NCBI GenBank assembly: GCA_038248345.1
Contig: JBBRXO010000060.1
Span: 1-16,868, forward strand
Length of the DNA stretch: 16,868 nt
Reading direction: 5' to 3'
From: Armatimonadota bacterium
GTDB lineage: Bacteria > Armatimonadota > Hebobacteria > CAIYQO01
Shown here: piece by piece, positions 7,726-15,059 of the stretch
Layout: every line of letters begins with the position of its first letter
Position numbering within the stretch: the stretch's first letter is position 1
Made by a program: the position numbers and the translations under genes
Notes under the pieces: model-generated
Database searches by the model: none
Seen by the model: only the letters and a program-made list of their open reading frames with translations
What the model was told of the DNA's origin: nothing

Positions 7726-8826
7726 ATGACCGAAATGACCCCCGGTGAGCGGGTAGTCCGCTGTTTCATTGGTGAGGAGATCGACCGTGTCCCCTTTGGC
7801 GTTGGTATCGGATGGATTCCGTGGGAGGAGACCAGAGCGAGATGGCGGCAGGAGAGTGGTATTGCCGATCTGGATGTCAACGCCTATTTTGGTTTTGATC
7901 CCAGCTTTGTGCATCCCGCCTACTCACCGGGGATATTCCCGCTGTATAAGGAAGAGGTGCTGGAGGAGAATGAAGAGTTTATCATTCATCGCGACTCCCG
8001 TGGTATCACCAAAAGGGATCGGCGCGACGGTGGTTCCATGCCGCAGTTCCTGGATTATCCGGTAAAAACGCCGGAGGATTGGGAGCGGCTGAAGAATGAG
8101 CGGCTGTGTATCGATGCTGCCGGGCGTATCACGCAGGATTGGGATGAATTCCGGGCGCGCCTCAAAGATAAAGGCGAAGCGGTACAGGTGGGCAGTTTCC
8201 CCTATGGGATATTCGGCACCCCCCGCGACTTTATGGGTGACGAGGAGTTGCTGGTCGCTTTCTATGAAGAGCCGGAGATGGTCAAGGATATGATGGAGCA
8301 CCTTACCTCTATGTGGCTCTCCATCTTCGAGAAAGTGGCCGCTGAAGTGCAGATCGACCATATTCACATCTGGGAAGATATGTCCGGTTGCCAGGGATCG
8401 TTGCTTTCTCCGCGCATGGTGGAGGAGTTCATGATGCCCTGTTACGACCGCATCACCGACTTCGCGCGCAGCGTGGGGGCGCGGGTGATTTCAGTGGATA
8501 CCGATGGCAACTGTAGCGAGCTGGTGCCCGTCATGATGCGCCACGGGGTAAATATGTTCTTCCCCTTCGAGGTGCAGGCGGGCAACGATATCCTCGCCTA
8601 TCGCCGCCAATATCCCGAGCTAGGCATCGAGGGGGGGTTGGATAAGCGTGCGCTGGCTATAGGCAAAGCCGAGATCGACAAAGAGATAGCCATCGCCGCG
8701 GAGATGATCAAATACGGCCGCTTCGTCCCCGGCTTCGACCACCTCATCCCCCCCGATGTATCGTGGGAGAATTTCCACTACGCCGTCAACGAGATGCGCA
8801 AACTATGTATGGGGTATGGACGGTAA
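7726..8826 (+). CDS. Uroporphyrinogen decarboxylase / MtaA-CmuA-like family protein, 366 aa
   Basis: MTPGERV, IDRVP, YPVKTPEDW, IWEDM, DTDGN, PFEVQAGND and DHLIPPDVSWENF motifs of the URO-D-like superfamily. Probably not the housekeeping HemE. Confidence 0.85.
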   Translation: MTEMTPGERVVRCFIGEEIDRVPFGVGIGWIPWEETRARWRQESGIADLDVNAYFGFDPSFVHPAYSPGIFPLYKEEVLEENEEFIIHRDSRGITKRDRRDGGSMPQFLDYPVKTPEDWERLKNERLCIDAAGRITQDWDEFRARLKDKGEAVQVGSFPYGIFGTPRDFMGDEELLVAFYEEPEMVKDMMEHLTSMWLSIFEKVAAEVQIDHIHIWEDMSGCQGSLLSPRMVEEFMMPCYDRITDFARSVGARVISVDTDGNCSELVPVMMRHGVNMFFPFEVQAGNDILAYRRQYPELGIEGGLDKRALAIGKAEIDKEIAIAAEMIKYGRFVPGFDHLIPPDVSWENFHYAVNEMRKLCMGYGR

Positions 8827-8884
8827 CGACCTGTTGTTTTAATTCACAGGATAGAAGGATTATAAGGATAAATAGAGCAGGGAA

Positions 8885-8980
8885 GTAGGGGCACATGGCA
8901 TGTGCCCTAAATACGGGGTATGGCTGTCATGACCAATTGAAGGTATGTTTACGACGTGGGCACAAGCCTTGTGCCCCTAC
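8885..8980. repeat. REPIN-like doublet (copy B), 96 bp, inverted relative to copy A
   Basis: Its reverse complement matches 7510-7598 in exact blocks of 28, 14 and 19 nt. Confidence 0.85.
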
Positions 8981-9125
8981 TCAGTTCAAAGAATGAGCGC
9001 CCTTCAGGGTGTGGCTATACAATGGCGGTATATGTCGCATGTTATCACCATCATCCCCATTCGATTGTGCTACAATAGCTTCGTTGTTCCATGTAATATA
9101 CATGGATGTGCAAAGGGGGCTGATG

Positions 9126-9473
9126 ATGGAGTTATCACAGGTGAAAGACCTTATGGATCAGGTGCAGGCCAATGCGCGGGTGTCTACGGTATACGGAGAG
9201 CCGGTGCAGGTGGGCGAGCGCATTATCATCACCGTGGCCGAGGTGCAATATGGCGGTGGCGGCGGTGGTGGGGCCGGCAAGCGCATGGATAAAGCCGAGG
9301 GCGGCGGAGGTGGCGGCGGCGGTGGTGTCATCGTCCGCCCGCTGGGCTGCATGGTTATCGGCAAAGATGATGAAAAATGGGTGCCGGTAATCGACTACAA
9401 CCGCGCCATCATCATCGGCGGCGCCCTCGCCGTGCTGCTGCTCACCACTGTGCGGGCGTTGGCACGGCGCTAG
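9126..9473 (+). CDS. YtfJ/GerW family protein with a C-terminal transmembrane helix, ~115 aa
   Basis: TVYGEPVQVGERIIITVAEVQYGGGGGGG ... GGGGGGGGVIVRPLG motif. Start re-called at ATG 9126 (9123 also possible) after AAGGGGG. Confidence 0.85.
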   Translation: MELSQVKDLMDQVQANARVSTVYGEPVQVGERIIITVAEVQYGGGGGGGAGKRMDKAEGGGGGGGGGVIVRPLGCMVIGKDDEKWVPVIDYNRAIIIGGALAVLLLTTVRALARR

Positions 9474-9500
9474 CAAGGAAAGACTTGGCTGAAGTTCTAA

Positions 9501-9540
9501 CGAAACCCGGGGAAGAGCCTCCCCCGGGTTTCGCCCGGGG
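9501..9540. repeat. GC-rich overlapping inverted repeats (REP-like element or terminator)
   Basis: CGAAACCCGGGG / CCCCGGGTTTCG (9501-9533) and the alternative CCCCGGG-TTTCG-CCCGGGG (9522-9540). Confidence 0.6.
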
Positions 9541-9628
9541 CTATGTTAGTATCATTTTGAGAGCTATTGAACCCTAGTAGCCATTAAATTGAATGGAGAT
9601 GTATGCGAAGCCCATGTAGGTATAAATT

Positions 9629-10864
9629 ATGCAATTATCGCTTCGCTCACTCGGCTATACCCTCTGCATGTTTTTCCTGTTCTCCCTTGCCGTCCACGCC
9701 GCCCCGGCGCCGCCGGAGCTAACCGGCACCGCAGCGATATCTGTGGATATGGATACCGATGAGATAATATACACGAAGAATATCGACGCGAAGGTCTACC
9801 CGGCCAGTATCACCAAATTGATGACGGCGTTGCTGCTGGCAGAGAATAAGCAGCCTGCCGATGCCCTGGTATACACCCAAACCGCCAAAGCGCAGCCCCC
9901 TTACTCGTACAACCATAATATTCACCCGGTAGCAGTCGGCGATACTATCTCCGCGGAAGATGCCATGGATATACTGTTGCTCTTCTCTGGCAACGACATC
10001 GCCTATCTGATAGCGGATAATGTCAGCGGGGATGCCGGTAAATTCGCCGCCGCGATGAATGACAAAGCCCGGCAGCTGAAAATGTCCGGGACGCACTGGG
10101 TCACGCCCAATGGATTAGATGCTGGTAAAAATGGGCACTACGCTACCGCCTATGATTTAGCATTACTGGGCATGGCGGCCTACCGCAACCCGTGGATACA
10201 GCAGAGTATGGCCAAAAAAACCAGCCTGGTACATTCCGCCCATGGGCTGGTCGGCACGGTAGAAAATAGCAACAAATTATTAGGCAAAGACGGCTGTGTC
10301 GGTGGCAAAACCGGCTATACCGCCAAAGCGGGTCGCTGTTTTGTCGCGATGTATGAAAGAGCTGGCCGCCATATCATCGGCGTGGTGATGAATTCCACCT
10401 ACAATTTCCCGCAGGATACGATAGTATTTGCGGACATGGAGAAGCTGATCAATTGGAGCTATGCCGCGCCGAAAGCTGCACTCTACCCCAGCGGCGCCAC
10501 CATACAAACAGCTACAGTAGAGTACAATGTTCTGCCATATTTCGGACCGAAAAAGCTCGCCAAAATCCCCCTCATCGTGAAGCAGGACGTGAACTATTAC
10601 GCTAACGACGTTACCCCGGTGACGACCGTCAAACTGGGGGTGATTGATCCGTGGAAACTGGACAAAAATAGCGTAATCGGCACGCTGGAGCTAGCGCAAA
10701 GAGCTGCAACCAGCAGCAACAACCTCTACCCCCTCATCGCAACCGGCGACATTATCAAAGAAAATATGGCAATCTACCTCTGGGCGACGCTCGGACTGAT
10801 GCTGATGGTGGTGGGGATAGTGGTAGTTATTGTTTATGTTCGTCGGAGGATGGGTGAGGGGTGA
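9629..10864 (+). CDS. D-alanyl-D-alanine carboxypeptidase (peptidase S11, low-MW PBP), 411 aa
   Basis: PASITKLMT (SxxK), SGND (SxN) and GGKTGYT (KTG) motifs; signal peptide; C-terminal membrane anchor followed by RRR. Confidence 0.95.
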   Translation: MQLSLRSLGYTLCMFFLFSLAVHAAPAPPELTGTAAISVDMDTDEIIYTKNIDAKVYPASITKLMTALLLAENKQPADALVYTQTAKAQPPYSYNHNIHPVAVGDTISAEDAMDILLLFSGNDIAYLIADNVSGDAGKFAAAMNDKARQLKMSGTHWVTPNGLDAGKNGHYATAYDLALLGMAAYRNPWIQQSMAKKTSLVHSAHGLVGTVENSNKLLGKDGCVGGKTGYTAKAGRCFVAMYERAGRHIIGVVMNSTYNFPQDTIVFADMEKLINWSYAAPKAALYPSGATIQTATVEYNVLPYFGPKKLAKIPLIVKQDVNYYANDVTPVTTVKLGVIDPWKLDKNSVIGTLELAQRAATSSNNLYPLIATGDIIKENMAIYLWATLGLMLMVVGIVVVIVYVRRRMGEG

Positions 10865-11143
10865 TGGTGGTAGCGAGACAAATGTGGGTTAGGTGGTGGT
10901 GCAGCAGTCAGGTCAGCTAGCTGGCAAGTAGCAGCAGGACGGTGACGACAAGCATACTGCTGGGCATTAGAATGCCAGTCGTCTGCCTGCACGGACTACC
11001 TTCGGGTGGAAAGAGACCGGCTTGAAGAATCGTATGTTGCAGGCCCTATCAGCCCGAAGGGCTAAATTCATTGCCATCATTTCCCTCTGGGCGGTGCCCT
11101 GGACAAACTAAAAGAGGTTTTGCGATTCTCCTGCACAAACTCC

Positions 11144-11196
11144 TTGACATATCAGCCACTAAGCAGGACAATCATAAGTGGGGAAATATATTTCCC
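11144..11196 (+). promoter_or_regulatory. Putative promoter and 16-bp palindromic operator upstream of the lipoprotein gene
   Basis: TTGACA (11144-11149) - 17 nt - GACAAT (11167-11172); perfect palindrome GGGAAATATATTTCCC at 11181-11196. Confidence 0.55.
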
Positions 11197-11223
11197 TGCG
11201 AATTTTTTTGTGAGGTGATGATC

Positions 11224-12894
11224 ATGGTGCGAACTGTGCCGGTTTTCCTGTTACTCGCCGTTGTTGCCATATTTTTGGCGGGTTGCAACAGCAATTCTAC
11301 GCCATCCACACAGGGTGGTCAGGTGCGCGGGGTCGTTGATACTGCTACCCTTGATGGCAGCAACCCGACGGTTACCGTGGGCATTGATGGGCTGGACACC
11401 ACCGTGCCGGTGGGCGCAGACGGGAGCTTCCTGTTGGATAATGTGCCACCGGGCGTGCATACGCTGGTGGCGAAGACGAATAGCAATGCGTTCGCCATGG
11501 TGGTGACGGTGGCGGACGGGCGCGAGACGAATGTGGGCCAGGTGGCGCTACGGCGGAGCGGACAGATCGCCGGCATGGTGACCGTGTCCGTCGCCCTCAC
11601 CCCCATCGCCGACGCGCACGTGACAGTGACCGAGAAAGTGATGGTGATCATGGATGAGACACCCCACCCGGTGCGCACGGCGCGTACATCGGCAACCGGC
11701 AGCTATACAGTAGAAGGCCTGCCTGTGGGCGAGTATATGGTGGCGATCGCCAAAGACGGCTATGCGACCGTTTCCCTTTTCCTCTCCGTCAACGCCGCCG
11801 CCACCACCGTGGGCGATGCGCAATTGACCGTGGTGGACGTGGAAGCGGGCAGTGTGAAGGGAACTGTCTCGGGCACTAGCGCCGACGGCGCCACCTTCCC
11901 ACTGGGCGGGGCCTTCATCGTGCTGATGCCGAACAATGGTGTGGTACCGCCGCCGCCTCCGACAATCCCCCAACCAGCGACGGCTACTGATGGGGGGCAT
12001 AACGTCGTCAACATCTACCCCATGCCGCCCGACCCGAACTGGAAGGAATACTACAGCTACTCGTCCGATGACGGCAGCTACCAGGTAAGTGGTATCCCGG
12101 CGGGGGTCTACTCCGCCACCGCCATGCGCCCGGGCTTTGACTCCATCACCCAACAGGTGACTGTGGTGGCCAAAGAGACGGCGACGCTGGACTTCAAATT
12201 ATCGCTGCACGTTATCCCCGTAGGCACTGTCATCGGCACCGTCACTGATGCCGCCACCAATAAACCTATCGTCGGCGCGCACGTGGTGGCGATTATCTAT
12301 GGCCCGATGTTTACAGATGCTGCTGATGGTCAGCAACGAGCAGCCCCCAACGCCATGCCCACCCGCCCGGACTACTTCGAGAGCGCTGCCATAACGGACG
12401 CCGAAGGTAAGTACAAGTTGATGGTGCCCACCAGCACCTCGGCGCTGGCCTTCAAAGCGGAGGGCTACGAGTACCAGCAGGTGCAGGTGACGGTAGTCGT
12501 GGGGCAGAGCGTCACCGTGGATGCCGCGCTGACCGCGCAAGTGGTGAACCCGCGTATACAAGTGACGCTGCGAGGTAACGTAACTACGCCCAAAGCGATC
12601 AACATGAATTCCGTCAACGCCGTGGAGAGCGCCACCGTTTATCTCAGCCCCGACTGGCCCTACATGTCTCCTGCGAACATCCGCCCGCAGCCGGTATACA
12701 CCGCCACCACCGACGCGCAGGGCAACTATACTATCACCGTCCCGAGCGATATCTACACGGTCTACGCCGAGAAGAAAGAGCTACGCTCGGATACCTTCCG
12801 CCTGAAGCTGTACGCCGACACCACGCAGGATATGACGCTGTTTGATATGCAGCCGCCCATGCCCGGCCCGATGCCGATGGGTGAGGGGAAGTAA
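11224..12894 (+). CDS. Lipoprotein with ~5 carboxypeptidase regulatory-like (prealbumin-fold) domains, ~556 aa
   Basis: Start re-called at MVRTVPVFLLLAVVAIFLAG-C (lipobox; RBS GAGGTG). Repeated GxVxGxV...(D)GxY/F...xGxY...GY/F units with Pro-rich linkers. Confidence 0.8.
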   Translation: MVRTVPVFLLLAVVAIFLAGCNSNSTPSTQGGQVRGVVDTATLDGSNPTVTVGIDGLDTTVPVGADGSFLLDNVPPGVHTLVAKTNSNAFAMVVTVADGRETNVGQVALRRSGQIAGMVTVSVALTPIADAHVTVTEKVMVIMDETPHPVRTARTSATGSYTVEGLPVGEYMVAIAKDGYATVSLFLSVNAAATTVGDAQLTVVDVEAGSVKGTVSGTSADGATFPLGGAFIVLMPNNGVVPPPPPTIPQPATATDGGHNVVNIYPMPPDPNWKEYYSYSSDDGSYQVSGIPAGVYSATAMRPGFDSITQQVTVVAKETATLDFKLSLHVIPVGTVIGTVTDAATNKPIVGAHVVAIIYGPMFTDAADGQQRAAPNAMPTRPDYFESAAITDAEGKYKLMVPTSTSALAFKAEGYEYQQVQVTVVVGQSVTVDAALTAQVVNPRIQVTLRGNVTTPKAINMNSVNAVESATVYLSPDWPYMSPANIRPQPVYTATTDAQGNYTITVPSDIYTVYAEKKELRSDTFRLKLYADTTQDMTLFDMQPPMPGPMPMGEGK

Positions 12895-12918
12895 ATAAGC
12901 ATTACACCAGTGAAATGG

Positions 12919-12956
12919 CCGCGCCTTGCATGACAATGCAGGGTGCGGGTTTTTTT
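12919..12956 (+). terminator. Intrinsic terminator
   Basis: CCGCGCCTTGCAT-GACA-ATGCAGGGTGCGG stem followed by G and T7. Confidence 0.85.
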
Positions 12957-12993
12957 GTCAAAGTCACACATTACGCGCTTTGTGCTGGTTATA

Positions 12994-13025
12994 TGCTTGA
13001 CAAGCAGTAATACCAGGTATAACAT
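12994..13025 (+). promoter_or_regulatory. Sigma70 promoter of the second ATPase-rloB operon, with a palindrome over the -35
   Basis: TTGACA (12997-13002) - 17 nt - TAACAT (13020-13025); TGCTTG-A-CAAGCA at 12994-13006. Confidence 0.7.
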
Positions 13026-13065
13026 GGTGTTTTACTAGCTATTTGCTGTATAAATGAGGTGTGCC

Positions 13066-14424
13066 ATGTTGCTAAGGTTTTCCGTTTTAAATTTCACTTC
13101 GATTAACGAAGAAATAACGCTAGATATGATCCCGGCGAAGAGCAGGACGATGAAGGAACATATCATCACTGATGTAGTGGGCAAAAAAACGGAAGTGTTG
13201 CCGATTGCCTGCATTTATGGAGCCAATGCCAGCGGTAAGTCAAATCTTATTAAAGCAATGGGATACGCGCAGGGACTGATATTAAATGGTACTAAGGCGG
13301 GCAAGTCGACGATGTTCACCCCATTCTTGCTTGATACAGTGGTGGAAAAAGAACCGGGGCGTTTTGAGTTCGTCTTCAAGCATGAGGGGATTCTATATAC
13401 CTATGGGTTCGTAGTTTCCGCGAATACGATACATGAGGAGTGGCTCTTCGCCTATTATTCAGCACAGGAATCACTGGTATTTGAACGAGTAACTAAAGAT
13501 GAAAAGACAACGGTAAATCCGGGAACGCGTTTCATAGAAGGTGCCGGAAGAAAGAAGTTCATCGAATATGTGGCGCAGGGAACTCGGCCTAATCAGCTAT
13601 TTCTCACCGAAGCAGGCGAAAAGAATATCGAATTGTTGAAGCCAGTGCTCCACTGGTTTTCCGAACATCTGACTATTGTCAGCCCGGATTCGCAGTATGG
13701 CGCTCTCACACTTCGCGCACATAACGATAAGGAATTTCTGGAGTTTTTGGCGAAATTCTTACAGGTAGCTGATACTGGAATTACCGATATTCACACCTTC
13801 AAAGAGGTATTTGACCGCCAGAAGCATGCCGATGATATTCCCCCGGAGATACTAGATGATATACTGAAGAATGTCTCCAACAGAGATACGGTCGGTCTTT
13901 CATTTATCGGTAATTCAATGTCGATGGCATTAAGCAATGAAATTGAGGAAGGTAAAAAAGTCCTCAACTACATAAGTCTTAAGACAGACCACACCAGGGA
14001 TGATGGCATGACCATCCCGTTTGACCTTGGTTTGGAATCAGATGGCACTCGTCGTTTGATGCATCTGGCACCTATGCTACTGGAGGTACAGGGGAGAGAA
14101 CGTGTTTTTGTTATCGATGAAATCGACCGAAGCTTGCATACGCACCTATCTCGGCTGTTTTTAGAAGCCTGCTTACTAGGAATAATTGAGAAGGGGGCCA
14201 GGGGCCAGTTCATATTGACGACACATGATACCAACCTGCTTGATCGTGACCTATTGCGGCGCGATGAGATCTGGTTTATGGAAAAAGATAAGCACGGAGC
14301 TAGCCATCTGACTAGTATGGCAGAATACAAGGTAAGTGATGGACTGAACTACGAGAATGGCTATCTGCACGGACGTTTTGGCGCTATTCCGTTTATCGGT
14401 GATGCAAAGAATTTGTTGAGATAG
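13066..14424 (+). CDS. AAA_21/ABC-type ATPase (RloA/AbiLi-like), ~452 aa
   Basis: Walker A GANASGKS, signature-like ESDGTRR, Walker B VFVIDE, D-loop SLH, H-loop TTHD, C-terminal YLHGRFGAIP. Start at MLLRF after GAGGTG. Confidence 0.92.
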   Translation: MLLRFSVLNFTSINEEITLDMIPAKSRTMKEHIITDVVGKKTEVLPIACIYGANASGKSNLIKAMGYAQGLILNGTKAGKSTMFTPFLLDTVVEKEPGRFEFVFKHEGILYTYGFVVSANTIHEEWLFAYYSAQESLVFERVTKDEKTTVNPGTRFIEGAGRKKFIEYVAQGTRPNQLFLTEAGEKNIELLKPVLHWFSEHLTIVSPDSQYGALTLRAHNDKEFLEFLAKFLQVADTGITDIHTFKEVFDRQKHADDIPPEILDDILKNVSNRDTVGLSFIGNSMSMALSNEIEEGKKVLNYISLKTDHTRDDGMTIPFDLGLESDGTRRLMHLAPMLLEVQGRERVFVIDEIDRSLHTHLSRLFLEACLLGIIEKGARGQFILTTHDTNLLDRDLLRRDEIWFMEKDKHGASHLTSMAEYKVSDGLNYENGYLHGRFGAIPFIGDAKNLLR

Positions 14425-14433
14425 GAGTACGGA

Positions 14434-15059
14434 ATGGGGCTGACATCACGCAAAAAGCGACCATTGGATCGGGCTATTCCTCATTTGAGAGACACTCGAC
14501 TGATTATCATTGCTACCGAGGGTGAAAAGACTGAATATCAGTATTTCACCTCCGGCATCTTCAATCATCATCGTGTGCAAATTCATGTTCTCCGCACAGA
14601 CGCGGGCGAATCAGCCCCCCGACATGTGCTGAACCGTCTGAAGGAATATGTTCGCGAGACTGTACTCCAATATGACGATCAATTATGGCTGATGGTAGAT
14701 ATGGACAGGTGGACAGTAGCTCATCTCGGTGACGTCTGCATGAAAGCAAAGAAGGGTTGCCGGCATGACATTAACCTGGCAGTCAGTTCCCCCTGCTTCG
14801 AGTTGTGGCATACCTGCACCATGCAGACTGGGCAGGTGGGTCAGTATCCAGCACAGGTATGGAGATTGCCCTGAAAGAGCTGCTGGGTGGCTATAACAAA
14901 GCAAACATAGATATTAGCAGCTACGCTTCTGGCATTGACGATGCAGTTGAACGCGCACGCAAAATGGATACTAAACCGCAGGGAAGATGGCCGCAGAATC
15001 CGGGGACTCACGTCTACAAAGTGATCGAGGCGATCAATGCTTTGCGAACCAGCGGGTGA
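14434..15059 (+). pseudogene. rloB: RloB family protein, frameshifted (ORFs 14434-14874 and 14805-15059)
   Basis: IATEGEKTEYQYF, MVDMD and SSPCFELW in the first frame; YLHH...NPGTHVYKVIEAI in the second. One base is missing at 14809-14810 (TGG CA TAC). The repaired protein is 208 aa, the same length as 244-870. Confidence 0.85.

Noticed and set aside
7726..8826. Calling the URO-D-family gene hemE
   Set aside because: Motifs match the broad URO-D/MtaA-like paralogue group; the HemE MRQAGRY signature is absent and no heme genes are nearby.
9252..9326. GGC/GGT trinucleotide runs as contingency repeats
   Set aside because: They encode the poly-Gly motifs normal for the YtfJ/GerW family and use mixed codons.
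10974..11021. Hammerhead ribozyme or cobalamin riboswitch assignment
   Set aside because: The CUGANGA core and the conserved cobalamin-box elements are missing; kept only as an unassigned structure candidate.
11071..11223. Long N-terminal extensions called by the ORF track (also 2155-2226, 9009-9122 and 13054-13065)
   Set aside because: Downstream ATGs have a good RBS and place signal peptides or family motifs at the N-terminus.
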